Part shown: piece by piece, positions 38,166 through 48,331 of the stretch
How positions within the stretch are numbered: the first letter of the stretch is position 1
Layout: every line of letters starts with the position of its first letter
Assembly (NCBI GenBank): GCA_003142235.1
Contig: PLOU01000156.1
Span: forward strand, 1-59,606
Length of the DNA stretch: 59,606 bases
Direction: 5' to 3'
Origin: Granulicella sp.
Lineage (GTDB): Bacteria; Acidobacteriota; Terriglobia; Terriglobales; Acidobacteriaceae
The notes under the pieces: generated by a model
Told to the model about the DNA's origin: nothing
What the model saw: the letters and a program-made list of their open reading frames with translations, nothing else
Database searches by the model: none
Made by a program: the position numbers and the translations under genes

Positions 38166-40085
38166 ATGACCGAAAGCACCACCTCCAGACACATCCAGAT
38201 CTCCACCATCAAGGACCGTTCCCTCTTCTCCAACCTGCGCGCCGCGCTCACCCTGGCTGCGCTTCTGGCGGCAACCATCGGCGCACGCGCTCAGGCCGCG
38301 GCTCCAACACAGGACGCCGCCGCCCAGACCGCTGCATCCCCCTCCGCCACGACGCCTCCGGCCGCAACATCGGACGCCGCCGCACCCGCCGCCGCCCAGC
38401 CGAAGCCCGACATCGCTCTCAGCAACAAGAAGGTCCCCAAGGTTCGCAAGCAGAAGAAAGATGAGAAAGTCGTCCTGTCCAAGGACACCAAAAAAGAGGA
38501 CAAGAAGGTCAAGAAGGTCAACCCCATCGAGACGCAGGACGCCAAGCTCCCCGACAAGGCGCTCTACGACAAGGCCATGGACGCCGTGAAGCACGGGCGC
38601 TACGACGTTGCCCGCCTCGACCTCCAGACCCTGCTGAACACCTATCCCGACTCGCAGTACATGATGCGCGCCAAGCTTGGCGTCGCCGATAGCTGGTTCA
38701 AGGAGGGCGGAACCGCTGCCCTCACCCAGGCCGAGCAGGAGTACAAGGACTTCATCACCTTCTTCCCCAACTCGCCCGAGGCCGCCGAGGCACAGATGCG
38801 CGTCGGCGACATCTACTTCCGCCAGATGGACAAGCCCGACCGCGACTACTCCAACACCATCCACGCCGAGGAAGCGTACCGCCTGATGTTGCAGCAGTTC
38901 CCCGATTCCATCCTCATCCCGCAGGCCAAACAGCGCCTGCGCGAGGTGCAGGAGACACTGGCCTCCCGCGAGGCCGATATTGCCGCCTTTTACGCCACCC
39001 ACGCCAACTGGCCCGCCACCATCGCCCGTTACCAGACCGTCGTCGATACCTACCCCCTCTACAGCCACATGGACGACGTGCTGGTGAACCTGGGCGACGC
39101 GTTCGAGACCGAGGCGCGCTTTGTCCGCACCCTCAAGCTCCCCGAGGCGGGCAAGGCGAGGCTGTTGAAGATCTACGACGACCAGGCCTACGCCGCCTAC
39201 AGCAAGGTCGTGCTCGAACACTCCGCCGCGCCGCACGTGGAGGACGCGCGAGACCGCATCGTGGGCATGGGCCTTCCCATCCCAACGCCCACGCCGGAGC
39301 AGGCTGCCGCCTCTGCCGCGCTGGAAAACAGCCGCGGCCAGTACACCCTCAGCAACCGCGTCGAGTTCTTCGTCCTGCACAAGGCAGACACGGTCCCCGC
39401 CGCCACCCTCGGCGAACCGCCGCTGGAAGACGCCAAGCCCACGCTGGCGCCCACCGTCACCCGCCAGGCCACCGTCGACTTCAACACCGCGATGAACCCC
39501 GCGGCCTACGCACCGCGAACGCCTGCGCCGGCTGCCCCGCTGGTTCCGTCCACGACCGCCTCGTCTGCCCCGGCGCCTGCCGCCAACGCCGCGCCGCTCG
39601 CGCTTCAGGACGTGCCCGCCGCCGGCGCTGGCGCAGCCGCCGACTCCTCCGCCGCGGTCTCCAGCGTAAGCGAAGCAACCCCGGCAACAGCCTCCGGCGG
39701 AAGTTCCGTGGGCATCGAGATCGTTCCGCCCTCCTCGGCTTCGCCTGCGCCAACCGCGGCACCAGCCTCGCCTCCGGTCTTTCCCGGCTCGGAGTCCCCC
39801 GCGCCCGCGCAGTCTGAGCCCACCAGCGGCTCAGCCCAACCGGGCCCCAGCGACAACATGGGAGGGATAAAGGCCGCCGCCCCGCCCATCGCGACGATTA
39901 CCGCCCCGATCGAGAAGCCCGACGCCGCTCCAGACGCCGTCAACGAAGCGACTCCCGGATCGCAGCCACCCGCGCAACTTGCCCCGGCAGACGGCAAGAA
40001 GCCCAAGCCGGCCTTCGACAAATCCGACGACTCCTCCAGCAAGCACAAGAAGAAGAAGGGCCTCGCCAAACTGAATCCCTTCTAG
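38166..40085 (+). CDS. bamD: Outer membrane protein assembly factor BamD with a long Pro/Ala-rich tail
   Basis: TPR repeats (LLNTYPDS, FITFFPNS, QQFPDS, VVDTYP) and DKPDRD. Confidence 0.82.
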   Translation: MTESTTSRHIQISTIKDRSLFSNLRAALTLAALLAATIGARAQAAAPTQDAAAQTAASPSATTPPAATSDAAAPAAAQPKPDIALSNKKVPKVRKQKKDEKVVLSKDTKKEDKKVKKVNPIETQDAKLPDKALYDKAMDAVKHGRYDVARLDLQTLLNTYPDSQYMMRAKLGVADSWFKEGGTAALTQAEQEYKDFITFFPNSPEAAEAQMRVGDIYFRQMDKPDRDYSNTIHAEEAYRLMLQQFPDSILIPQAKQRLREVQETLASREADIAAFYATHANWPATIARYQTVVDTYPLYSHMDDVLVNLGDAFETEARFVRTLKLPEAGKARLLKIYDDQAYAAYSKVVLEHSAAPHVEDARDRIVGMGLPIPTPTPEQAAASAALENSRGQYTLSNRVEFFVLHKADTVPAATLGEPPLEDAKPTLAPTVTRQATVDFNTAMNPAAYAPRTPAPAAPLVPSTTASSAPAPAANAAPLALQDVPAAGAGAAADSSAAVSSVSEATPATASGGSSVGIEIVPPSSASPAPTAAPASPPVFPGSESPAPAQSEPTSGSAQPGPSDNMGGIKAAAPPIATITAPIEKPDAAPDAVNEATPGSQPPAQLAPADGKKPKPAFDKSDDSSSKHKKKKGLAKLNPF

Positions 40086-40174
40086 GCAGCTTATGGGGCG
40101 TGTGCCGGTTTGCCACGGGCTGCTACAGAATGGTTCGGCGACGGGGCCATATCGGATTCCAGACCGGGTTTGCA

Positions 40175-40206
40175 AAACCTGATTTCAAAACAAGCACTTC
40201 AGGTTT
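40175..40206. promoter_or_regulatory. Inverted repeat upstream of the MerR-family gene, possible operator
   Basis: AAACCTGA-N16-TCAGGTTT in an AT-rich patch. Confidence 0.35.
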
Positions 40207-40249
40207 AGTATTTCAGTCTCGACTGCAAGGGAGGGTTTGGGTCTGGCCA

Positions 40250-40885
40250 ATGGCACACAACCAGCCAATCCGCGGCATTCCGCATGGCTCCGGCGCGCTC
40301 GCGTCCGAGATCCCCGACAAGCTCTACTTCCGCATCGGCGAGGTGGCCCGCCTCTGCGAGGTCCCCGCCTACGTCCTGCGCTTCTGGGAGAGTGAGTTCC
40401 CGCAGCTCAAGCCCAACAAGGGAGGCACCGGACAGCGTCTCTACCGCCGCCGCGATGTCGAACTCGCCCTTCGCGTCAAGACCCTCCTCAAGGACGAGGG
40501 ATACACCATTCCCGGCGCGCGCCAAGTGCTCAAGGCCGAGTTCAGGCAGAAGGGCCCGCAGCTCTCCCTGCTCGCATCCGATCTGCCCGACACAAAGCAG
40601 TTGCGCAATCTGCGCCGCGAGCTCGCCGCTCTCGCCACCATGCTCTCCCAGCCCGTCGCTGCCAGAAGCTCCGCCGCGCAGCAACCCGCCCGCAAGCTCC
40701 AGCCCAAACCCGCCAACGGCAGCCAGCCCGTTGCCGGCAGCAGCACTTCGCGCCGAGCCTCCTCACGCACCCAGCCCACCCCGCCTCCAGCCTCTCCCGC
40801 GCGCCCATCCCGCCGCACTCCCACTGGCGAGCTCCTCTTCGAAGCCCTGCCCCCCGGCTCTATCTCCGAAGACGATGGGCACTAG
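40250..40885 (+). CDS. MerR-family HTH regulator
   Basis: IPDKLYFRIGEVA...VLRFWESEF...QRLYRRRD...GYTIPGA. Confidence 0.88.
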   Translation: MAHNQPIRGIPHGSGALASEIPDKLYFRIGEVARLCEVPAYVLRFWESEFPQLKPNKGGTGQRLYRRRDVELALRVKTLLKDEGYTIPGARQVLKAEFRQKGPQLSLLASDLPDTKQLRNLRRELAALATMLSQPVAARSSAAQQPARKLQPKPANGSQPVAGSSTSRRASSRTQPTPPPASPARPSRRTPTGELLFEALPPGSISEDDGH

Positions 40886-42470
40886 CTTGACCCCTCAGCC
40901 GCAGCCAGTTCCATCCCCGGACGCATCCCCTCGCCTCACCGGCAAACACACCGCAGGCTCCGCGGCCATGCTGCTCATGCTCAGCGCGCTGCTCTCCGGC
41001 CTCCTCGCCCTCGCCCGCATCAAGATCGTGAACCACATCTTCGGCGCGGGCATGGCACAGGACGCCTACCGCGCCGCCTTCCGTCTGCCTGACCTGATCA
41101 ACTACTTCCTGATCGGCGGCGCTGCATCCATCTCCGTCATTACCATCCTCAACCGCTACCGCGAGGCAGGCGATGAAGAGGGCGGCGACCGTGCTCTCTC
41201 CGTCATCCTCACCACCATGCTGGTCGTTCTCGGCACTGGCATCCTGCTCGGCGAAATCTTCGCGCCGCAATATGTCTGGCTCTTCTTCGAAGGCTACCGC
41301 CGCGACCTCGTCGGCGCCGCGCTCTGCACCTCGCTCACCCGCCTGATGCTGCCCGCGCAGCTCTTCTTTTTTATCGGCGGCGTCATGAGCTCGCGCCTGC
41401 AGGTGCGCAAGATCTTTATCTACCAGGCCTTCACCCCGCTCATCTACAACGCCGGAATCATCCTCGGCGCTCTGCTGCTGCATCGCCGGCTCGGCATCTA
41501 CTCGCTGGCCTGGGGCGTGCTCGGCGGCGTCATCGTCGGCTCCGCGCTGCTCAACTCGCTGGGCGCGTTCCGCACCGGTCTGCACTACCACCCCGTCGTC
41601 AACTTCCGCTCGCCCGCCTTCCGCGAGTGGTTCCGGCTCTCGCTCCCGCTGATGATCGGTGTTTCACTGGTCATGTTCGACAACTACTTCCTCAGCTACT
41701 TCGCCTCCACCCGCGAGGGCGGCATCACGCTGATCGGCAACGCCAAGGACCTCTTCAACGCGCCCTTCAACGTCATCGGCCCCGCCGCCGGCGCAGCCTC
41801 GCTGCCCTTCTTCGCCTCGCTCTTTCAACAGGGCCGCGCCCAGGACTTCTCCGCCTCGGTCGGTCGCTCCGTCTCGCGCCTGGCCGCCGTCGGCTTGATC
41901 GTCTCCGCCTGGATGATCGCCCTCGCCCCCTGGCTCATGGACCTCCTCGCGCGCGGAGGAAAGTTCAGCCGCGCCGACGCCACCGCCATCACGCAACTCT
42001 TCTCCGTCCTCGCCATCACCCTGGCCCTCTGGGCGGTGCAGGGAATCTACGCCCGCGCCTTCTACGCCGCCAGCGACACCAAGACGCCCATGATCACCGG
42101 CACCCTCATCACCGTCCTCTCCATTCCGATGTACTGGGGCCTCTTCCACGCGCGCGGCCTCACCGGCCTCGCCATCGCATCCGACATTGGAATCCTCGTC
42201 CAGACCGCCTCGCTGGCCCTCCTGCTCCATCGCAAGCGCCTGGTCTCGCTCGCCCACCTGGAGTTCGGCGAACTGGGCCGCGCGCTCGTCGCCGCGCTCG
42301 TCGCCTACGCCGCAACCGCCGCCGCCGCCCACCTCCTCCCGCCCGTCTCCACCCACCCGAAGGACCTCCTCACCATCGCCCTCGCCAGCATCGTCTGGAT
42401 CGCCGCCGCAGCCCTCACCCTCCTCGCCACCGGCTCCAAGCTCCCGCGCCAAATCCTCCGCCGCAAATAG
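40875..42470 (+). CDS. murJ: Lipid II flippase MurJ
   Basis: DAYRAAFRLPD and RAFYAASDTKTP motifs; about 14 TM segments. Confidence 0.88.
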   Translation: MGTSLTPQPQPVPSPDASPRLTGKHTAGSAAMLLMLSALLSGLLALARIKIVNHIFGAGMAQDAYRAAFRLPDLINYFLIGGAASISVITILNRYREAGDEEGGDRALSVILTTMLVVLGTGILLGEIFAPQYVWLFFEGYRRDLVGAALCTSLTRLMLPAQLFFFIGGVMSSRLQVRKIFIYQAFTPLIYNAGIILGALLLHRRLGIYSLAWGVLGGVIVGSALLNSLGAFRTGLHYHPVVNFRSPAFREWFRLSLPLMIGVSLVMFDNYFLSYFASTREGGITLIGNAKDLFNAPFNVIGPAAGAASLPFFASLFQQGRAQDFSASVGRSVSRLAAVGLIVSAWMIALAPWLMDLLARGGKFSRADATAITQLFSVLAITLALWAVQGIYARAFYAASDTKTPMITGTLITVLSIPMYWGLFHARGLTGLAIASDIGILVQTASLALLLHRKRLVSLAHLEFGELGRALVAALVAYAATAAAAHLLPPVSTHPKDLLTIALASIVWIAAAALTLLATGSKLPRQILRRK

Positions 42471-42677
42471 CGTGCCTCTTGTGATCCGTATCACATAGCC
42501 GGCCCCTCGCAATCCGTACAATTCTCTTCACGGAAGCTGGCCGAAATCAACGTCGGCAAGCGATACCGTTTCGCTGGGGTCACCAGCGTGCGCACCCCGT
42601 CTCCCGCCATTTGGAGACGCGGCCAACCATGGCTAGTGTCTCCTGGCAAACAATCTGTACGCGAACGGGGAGGACTC

Positions 42678-43325
42678 ATGGGAGCCAGGCTCAATAAATG
42701 TTCTGTCGGCGTAGTCGCTATTGCCATTGCGATGATGGCGGGATGCTCGCAATCGAACCCACCGGCAGGCAGCGGACAGACCGCGGCAACTGCAACCACG
42801 CCCGCGGCCCCGCCCCAACTCGTTACCGGCAAGACCGCCTTTTGGCCCATCTACAAGGCTGCCTTGGCTTGGAGCAGCGACGCCCAGATCATGCGCCTCT
42901 CGCAGAAAGAGGTCCCGGGATTCAAGAATCAAGCGGGCAAAGCGGCCATGTGGGAGGTAGCGGTCGGCTCACCCAGCCTGCACCAGTTCCGCCTTTATAC
43001 CTACTCAATCGCCGACGCACTGCCGGAGATTCATAAGGGAACCACAGCCGGCACTCCCCGCCCCTGGAGCGGTCCCACGCGCGACGCCATGCCCATTGAT
43101 GTGTCCTTCTTCAATACCGATTCGGACGCCGCGTACAAGATCTCCGCGACCGACGCAGCGGCCTGGCTGGCAAAGAATCCAGACAAGCCGCTTACCTCGC
43201 TTGAACTCGGCAACACCGCCGCCCTGAACGCGCCCGTCTGGTATATCGCCTGGGGAGAAAAGAAGTCCGGCGGCTACGTCGGCCTGGTAAATGCCGTCAG
43301 CGGAATCCCCTACAAGGGCAAATAG
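42678..43325 (+). CDS. Hypothetical lipoprotein
   Basis: Signal peptide ending MAGC; GGAGG RBS. Confidence 0.8.
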   Translation: MGARLNKCSVGVVAIAIAMMAGCSQSNPPAGSGQTAATATTPAAPPQLVTGKTAFWPIYKAALAWSSDAQIMRLSQKEVPGFKNQAGKAAMWEVAVGSPSLHQFRLYTYSIADALPEIHKGTTAGTPRPWSGPTRDAMPIDVSFFNTDSDAAYKISATDAAAWLAKNPDKPLTSLELGNTAALNAPVWYIAWGEKKSGGYVGLVNAVSGIPYKGK

Positions 43326-43381
43326 CTCCGACGCATCGCCGCCGCAACCGGTAAAATCAACGCATCAGTGAGTCCAGCAAC

Positions 43382-43774
43382 ATGCATGAAGCATTGGATC
43401 GTCCTGCTACCCAGCAGGAACGAGACCTCGTCCACTGGCTTCTGGAGCATGGCGATCCGCAGTATCTGCCATACGCCTCGCAGATCGACGCGCTCCGAGT
43501 GGTCTCCAAATGCACCTGCGGCTGTCCAACGGTCGACTTTGCATTGGAAGGCAATCCGCCAACACGCAAAGGCGAGAGGCTCATCAGTGACTTCGGTGCC
43601 ACAGTAGACGATCAGCCCGTAGGAATTCTGCTCTTCGCATGCAATGGCAGCTTGAGTATGTTGGAGGTCTACTCCTACGCAGGCAGCGACAAGCCGTTCG
43701 GGCTCCCTAAGAGGATAGGCGTCGCTAAAGTTTTTCGACGACGACGGCGGTGCCGTAGGCCAGGACTTCGGTGA
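43382..43774 (+). CDS. Hypothetical protein with a CxCGC motif; native 3' end probably lost
   Basis: RVVSKCTCGCPTVDF; lower GC; the last about 50 nt run antisense into the next gene. Confidence 0.6.
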   Translation: MHEALDRPATQQERDLVHWLLEHGDPQYLPYASQIDALRVVSKCTCGCPTVDFALEGNPPTRKGERLISDFGATVDDQPVGILLFACNGSLSMLEVYSYAGSDKPFGLPKRIGVAKVFRRRRRCRRPGLR

Positions 43775-44087
43775 CGCCCTGCATGAGCTCGTTGGCGTCG
43801 TAGCGGGCCATGATGACGGCGTTGCCGCCGGCCTGGGCGGCGTGCTGGGCCATCATGACGAAGGCGTCCTGGCGGGTCTTCTCGCAGAGCTGGGTGTAGA
43901 GGGTGATGTTGCCGCCGATGAGCGTCTGCAGGCCGGCGCCGATGGTGCCGAAGAGGTTGCGCGAGCGGACGACGATGCCGCGCACCACGCCGATGTTGCG
44001 CACAATGCGGTAGCCGGGAAGCTCGAGGGCGGTGGTGACCATCGAGGGATCGATGATGGCGGGGGGCTGTTGGGGGAATGAGGCCAT
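43725..44087 (-). CDS. YbjQ/UPF0145-family protein
   Basis: GVVRGIVVRSRN, GGNAVIMARYD and EVLAYGTAV motifs. Confidence 0.9.
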   Translation of the reverse strand: MASFPQQPPAIIDPSMVTTALELPGYRIVRNIGVVRGIVVRSRNLFGTIGAGLQTLIGGNITLYTQLCEKTRQDAFVMMAQHAAQAGGNAVIMARYDANELMQGVTEVLAYGTAVVVEKL

Positions 44088-44206
44088 GGGATTCTCCTGG
44101 GTGAGGACGTTGTACGTTGTATGTTGTACGTTGCTGGAGGATTGTACGCGCGGGGAGGGGTTATGGTTCCGTGGTGGAGGGGTAAGTTGTCAGTGTTCAG
44201 ATGAAA

Positions 44207-44265
44207 AGCAAATGCGGGGGCCCCTCCACTGCGGCGGCAAAGTGCGCCGCCTCCGGTCGGGATGA
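44207..44265 (-). repeat. GTCAT-family REP-like palindrome
   Basis: gtcatcccgaccggaggcggcgcactttgccgccgcagtggaggg on the minus strand. Confidence 0.75.
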
Positions 44266-44283
44266 CGGCGGGCTGGGGAGGGG

Positions 44284-45381
44284 TTATGGTTCCGTGCGGG
44301 CGAGCGCGGCGACCAGCGCGGCGACGGAGCCGGAGTCGATGGCGCGGGCGGCGATGGCGATGGCGTTGCGGAAGGCCTGGTGGCTGTCTGGCGTGGAGGA
44401 CGGGACAACATCGGCCGCGATGAGGACGGCGGCGGCGTTGAGCAGGACGACATCGCGGCGCGGACCGGGTTCTCCGGCAAAGATGGCGCGGAGGATGGCG
44501 GCGTTGGTGGCGACATCGCCCCCGCGCAGGCTAGAGATGGGAGCCGAGGCGAGGCCGACCTGATCGGGCGTGAGATGGCTGAAGGTGACGGTGTCGCCGC
44601 GGACCTCGGCGATCTGAGTTGGGCCGGAGATGGAGATCTCGTCGATGCCAGAGCCGCTTGCGGCGGCTTCGTCTGAGACTGCGCCGTGGACGACGAAAGC
44701 GTGGCGGATGCCGAGCAGGAGCATGGCCTCGGCGACGATGGGGACGAGGCGGGCGGAGTAGACGCCCATGACCTGGGCGCGGGCTCCGGCGGGGTTGGCC
44801 AGCGGACCGAGGACGTTGAACGCGGTGCGCACGCCGAGGGCTCGGCGGACGGGCATGACGGCCTTCATGGCAGGATGCAGGCCGGGAGCGTGGAGGAAGG
44901 CAAAGCGGTGGCGGCGCAGGGATTCGGCCCCGGCGGCGGGGGTGAGAGCGATGGGAATGCCGAGGGCTTCGAGGACATCGGCCGAGCCGCAGAGCGAGGT
45001 GACGGCGCGGTTGCCGTGCTTGGCGACGGTTGCACCCGCCGCGGCGGCGACCAGGGCGGCGGCGGTGGAGATGTTGAAGGTGCCGGTGTCGTCTCCACCG
45101 GTGCCGCAGGTGTCGACCAGGAGGCTTCGCTCAGCCTCGTCGAGGGGGACGGGGACCGCGGCGGCAAGCATGGCTTCGGCGAAGCCGGCCAGTTCGGCGG
45201 CGGTCTCGCCTCGGGCGGCGATGGCCCCGAGCAACGCGGCGAGCTGGAGGGAGTGGGAGCTGCCGGGCTGATCGGCTTGGGTGCTGCCGGCGAGGACGAG
45301 GTTGAGCAGGGCGCGCGCCTGGCTGCGCGAGAGGACCTCGCGCTGCTCGACGACGCGCTTCATGTATTCATGCAGGCCCAT
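44284..45381 (-). CDS. trpD: Anthranilate phosphoribosyltransferase
   Basis: DTCGTGGD, FNIST, KHGNRAVTS and FNVLGPLANP motifs. Confidence 0.95.
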   Translation of the reverse strand: MGLHEYMKRVVEQREVLSRSQARALLNLVLAGSTQADQPGSSHSLQLAALLGAIAARGETAAELAGFAEAMLAAAVPVPLDEAERSLLVDTCGTGGDDTGTFNISTAAALVAAAAGATVAKHGNRAVTSLCGSADVLEALGIPIALTPAAGAESLRRHRFAFLHAPGLHPAMKAVMPVRRALGVRTAFNVLGPLANPAGARAQVMGVYSARLVPIVAEAMLLLGIRHAFVVHGAVSDEAAASGSGIDEISISGPTQIAEVRGDTVTFSHLTPDQVGLASAPISSLRGGDVATNAAILRAIFAGEPGPRRDVVLLNAAAVLIAADVVPSSTPDSHQAFRNAIAIAARAIDSGSVAALVAALARTEP

Positions 45382-45441
45382 GAGGGAAGGGTATCAGGCG
45401 CGGGCAGGAATTCAATATTGACGAAAAATTCTCGTCGGGAA

Positions 45442-45747
45442 TTAAGACTTCTCGTCCATGGAATGACGTGCTGGCAACATGCTCTGGTGGAGGATGCGGG
45501 AGATGAAGACGAACTCGGCGGCAGGTCTGTAGAAGACAATGTGCCTTCCCTGTTCCATGCAGCGCAGACCGGGCCGGATGTGATTGCAGGCGCGGCCCAG
45601 CAGAGGCTGATCGGCGAGTCGCTGGCAACAGGCTTCCAACTGAGCGATGTATCGAACCGCCTGCTCTTCGCCCCAGCGATCGAGCGTGTAGGCTCCGATG
45701 TTCAACAGGTCTGCCTCGGCGCGCCGGGAGAGTTTGAAGGCCGCCAT
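45442..45747 (-). CDS. ParE/RelE-family toxin
   Basis: LSRRAEADLLNI...WGEEQAVRY...HIVFY...RILHQSM. Confidence 0.9.
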   Translation of the reverse strand: MAAFKLSRRAEADLLNIGAYTLDRWGEEQAVRYIAQLEACCQRLADQPLLGRACNHIRPGLRCMEQGRHIVFYRPAAEFVFISRILHQSMLPARHSMDEKS

Positions 45748-45750
45748 CGG

Positions 45751-46008
45751 CTAACGCTCCTGCGCGGGGAGTTTCAGCGATTTTCTGATGTGGGCGAAGG
45801 AGTTGCCTTTGGCAATGCCGCTTGCGTCGCCCTCGTCGATGGCGGTGCGCAGGGCAGCGAGCTTGACTTCAAACTCGCGCTCTTCGCGGTCGAGCGTACG
45901 GAGCGCCGCGCGGACGACCTCACTGGCATTTTCATAGCGGCCAGCCTCGATTCTGCTTGCGACAAACCGGTCCAGTTCAACGGTGAGACTGACGTTGCGG
46001 GTGGGCAT
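45751..46008 (-). CDS. ParD-family (CC2985-like) antitoxin
   Basis: MPTRNVSLT...GRYENASEVVRAALR...IDEGDASG. Confidence 0.9.
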   Translation of the reverse strand: MPTRNVSLTVELDRFVASRIEAGRYENASEVVRAALRTLDREEREFEVKLAALRTAIDEGDASGIAKGNSFAHIRKSLKLPAQER

Positions 46009-46054
46009 GGGGAACCTCTTCTGGCCATGACAATACTGATTCGATGGTAGCGCA

Positions 46055-46073
46055 ATTGGCAATCCTTGCCAAT
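46055..46073. promoter_or_regulatory. Putative ParD operator palindrome
   Basis: ATTGGCAA-TCC-TTGCCAAT upstream of the antitoxin. Confidence 0.6.
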
Positions 46074-46222
46074 GGCTGGCGCAGGGCGCCGCGGAGGGAC
46101 GAATATCGACCAATTTGGGCGATAAACGCACAAAACGGGGCGCGGCGATTGCTCCGATCCGCGGCAATCCACTAGTATCGGACTGCGAGCAACTTTCTAT
46201 TCAGAACCGAGACAAACAAAAC

Positions 46223-47401
46223 ATGAAGATCCACGAGTACCAGGCAAAAGAGATTCTGCGGAGGTACGGCGTGCCCGTGCCCGACGGCGCGATGGCCACC
46301 ACAGTGGAAGAGGCGGAGACGGCGGCGAAAACGCTGTTCAGCAAGGGCAATCTGGCGGTGGTGGTGAAGGCCCAGATCCACGCTGGAGGCCGGGGCAAGG
46401 GCGGCGGCGTGAAGGTGACCAAGACGATCGAGGACGCGAACGCGGCGGCCAAGGCGATCCTGGGGATGCAGCTTGTCACTCACCAAACAGGGCCGAGCGG
46501 TCAAAAAGTCCAGCGGCTGTTGATCGAGGCTGGATCGGCGATCGAGCGTGAGCTTTACCTTGGGCTGGTGCTGGACCGCGCGACGGCCAAGATTGTGTTC
46601 ATGGCGTCGCAGGCGGGCGGCATGGAGATCGAGAAGGTGGCGAAGGAGACTCCGGATCTGATCTACAAGGAGACCATCGAGCCGGCGCTCGGCCTACAGC
46701 CGTACCAGGCGCGGCGGCTGGCCTTCAAGCTGGGGCTGGAAAAGAAGCAGATCAACCAGGCGGTGTCGTTCATGATGGGCCTCTACAAGGCGTACGTCGA
46801 AAGCGATGCGTCGCTGATGGAGATCAATCCGTTCATCACGACCAAGGACGGAAGCCTGATGGCTCTGGACTGCAAGATCAACTTCGACGACAACGCGATG
46901 TTCCGGCACAAGGACCTGCAGGCGCTGCGCGACCTGGCGGAGGAAGACCCGCTGGAGGTGCAGGCGTCGAAGTTCAACCTGAACTACATCAAGCTGGACG
47001 GCAACATTGCGTGCATGGTGAACGGCGCCGGGTTGGCGATGGCGACGATGGACATCATCAGCTACGCGGGCGGAAGTCCGGCGAACTTTCTGGATGTGGG
47101 CGGAAGCGCCAGCCAGGAGCAGATCGAGAATGCGTTTGAGATTCTGCTGACCGATCCCAACGTGAAGGCGATCTTCATCAACATCTTTGGCGGGATTCTG
47201 CGCGTGGACATTCTGGCGTCGGCGGTGGTTGAGGCCACGAAGAAGCTGAATGTACGGCTGCCGATCATACTGCGGCTGGAAGGCACGAATGTCGAAGAGG
47301 GCAGGAAGATTCTGGCCGAGTCCGGCATTAAGTTCCAAGTGGGAGCAACGATGAAAGAGGCTGCCGACCTTGCTGTCGCCGCCGCGAAAGGGGGCAAGTA
47401 A
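46223..47401 (+). CDS. sucC: Succinyl-CoA ligase beta subunit
   Basis: [23 protein letters not shown] and NGAGLAMAT motifs. Confidence 0.97.
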   Translation: MKIHEYQAKEILRRYGVPVPDGAMATTVEEAETAAKTLFSKGNLAVVVKAQIHAGGRGKGGGVKVTKTIEDANAAAKAILGMQLVTHQTGPSGQKVQRLLIEAGSAIERELYLGLVLDRATAKIVFMASQAGGMEIEKVAKETPDLIYKETIEPALGLQPYQARRLAFKLGLEKKQINQAVSFMMGLYKAYVESDASLMEINPFITTKDGSLMALDCKINFDDNAMFRHKDLQALRDLAEEDPLEVQASKFNLNYIKLDGNIACMVNGAGLAMATMDIISYAGGSPANFLDVGGSASQEQIENAFEILLTDPNVKAIFINIFGGILRVDILASAVVEATKKLNVRLPIILRLEGTNVEEGRKILAESGIKFQVGATMKEAADLAVAAAKGGK

Positions 47402-48276
47402 TGGCAGTATTAGTTGATAAAAAGACGCGGTTGATTGTGCAGGGGATTACCGGGCATGAGGGAACATTCCACGCCAAGGCCTGCGAGGAGTACGGGACCA
47501 AGGTGGTTGGCGGAGTGACGCCGGGCAAGGGCGGGACGATTCACGAGGGCTGGCCGGTCTTCAACACGGTGGAGGAGGCGGTCAACGCCACGGGCGCGAA
47601 TGCGACCATGATCTTTGTGCCGCCTCCGTTTGCCGCGGACGGGATTCTGGAGGCCGAGGACGCCGGGCTGCCGCTGATCGTCTGCATTACCGAGGGCATT
47701 CCGACGCTGGACATGGTGAAGGTGTGGGAGGTTGTGAAGCGGTCGAAGTCCAGGTTGGTGGGGCCGAACTGTCCGGGGGTGATCTCTCCGGGCAAGGCCA
47801 AGGTGGGCATCATGCCGGCGCGCATCCACAAGGAAGGCTCGGTGGGGATTGTGTCGCGCTCGGGCACGCTGACGTATGAGGCGGTGTACCAGTTGACGGT
47901 GCGCGGCATCGGGCAATCGACGGCGATCGGGATTGGCGGCGATCCGATCATCGGGACGACGCACATCGACGCGCTGCGGCTGCTGAACGACGATCCGGAG
48001 ACCGAGGCGATCATCATGATCGGCGAGATCGGCGGAACGGCGGAGGAGAAGGCGGCGCAGTTCATCAAGGAGCATGTGAAGAAGCCGGTGGTCGGGTTCA
48101 TTGCGGGACAGACGGCGCCTCCGGGACGTCGCATGGGCCACGCTGGCGCGATCATCAGCGGCGGCGAGGGCACGGCCGCAAGCAAGATGGCGGCGATGGA
48201 AGCGGCTGGAATCCACGTCGTCAAGTCGCCGGCAGAGATGGGCGCGACGATGGCGAGGCTGCTGGGCAAGGCATAA
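47401..48276 (+). CDS. sucD: Succinyl-CoA ligase alpha subunit
   Basis: QGITG, GPNCPG and RMGHAGA motifs. Confidence 0.97.
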   Translation: MAVLVDKKTRLIVQGITGHEGTFHAKACEEYGTKVVGGVTPGKGGTIHEGWPVFNTVEEAVNATGANATMIFVPPPFAADGILEAEDAGLPLIVCITEGIPTLDMVKVWEVVKRSKSRLVGPNCPGVISPGKAKVGIMPARIHKEGSVGIVSRSGTLTYEAVYQLTVRGIGQSTAIGIGGDPIIGTTHIDALRLLNDDPETEAIIMIGEIGGTAEEKAAQFIKEHVKKPVVGFIAGQTAPPGRRMGHAGAIISGGEGTAASKMAAMEAAGIHVVKSPAEMGATMARLLGKA

Positions 48277-48298
48277 ATTCGCGTTCGAGAGAAGACAG

Positions 48299-48331
48299 AG
48301 CGTGGCGCGCCGATGGTGCGCCACGCTTTTT
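48299..48331 (+). terminator. Intrinsic terminator after sucD
   Basis: AGCGTGGCGCGCC-GAT-GGTGCGCCACGCT stem followed by a T run. Confidence 0.85.

Noticed and set aside
40284-40874. MerR-MurJ fusion or frameshift
   Set aside because: Two separate genes with an 11-bp overlap; the upstream part of the long ORF is an alternative frame of the merR gene.
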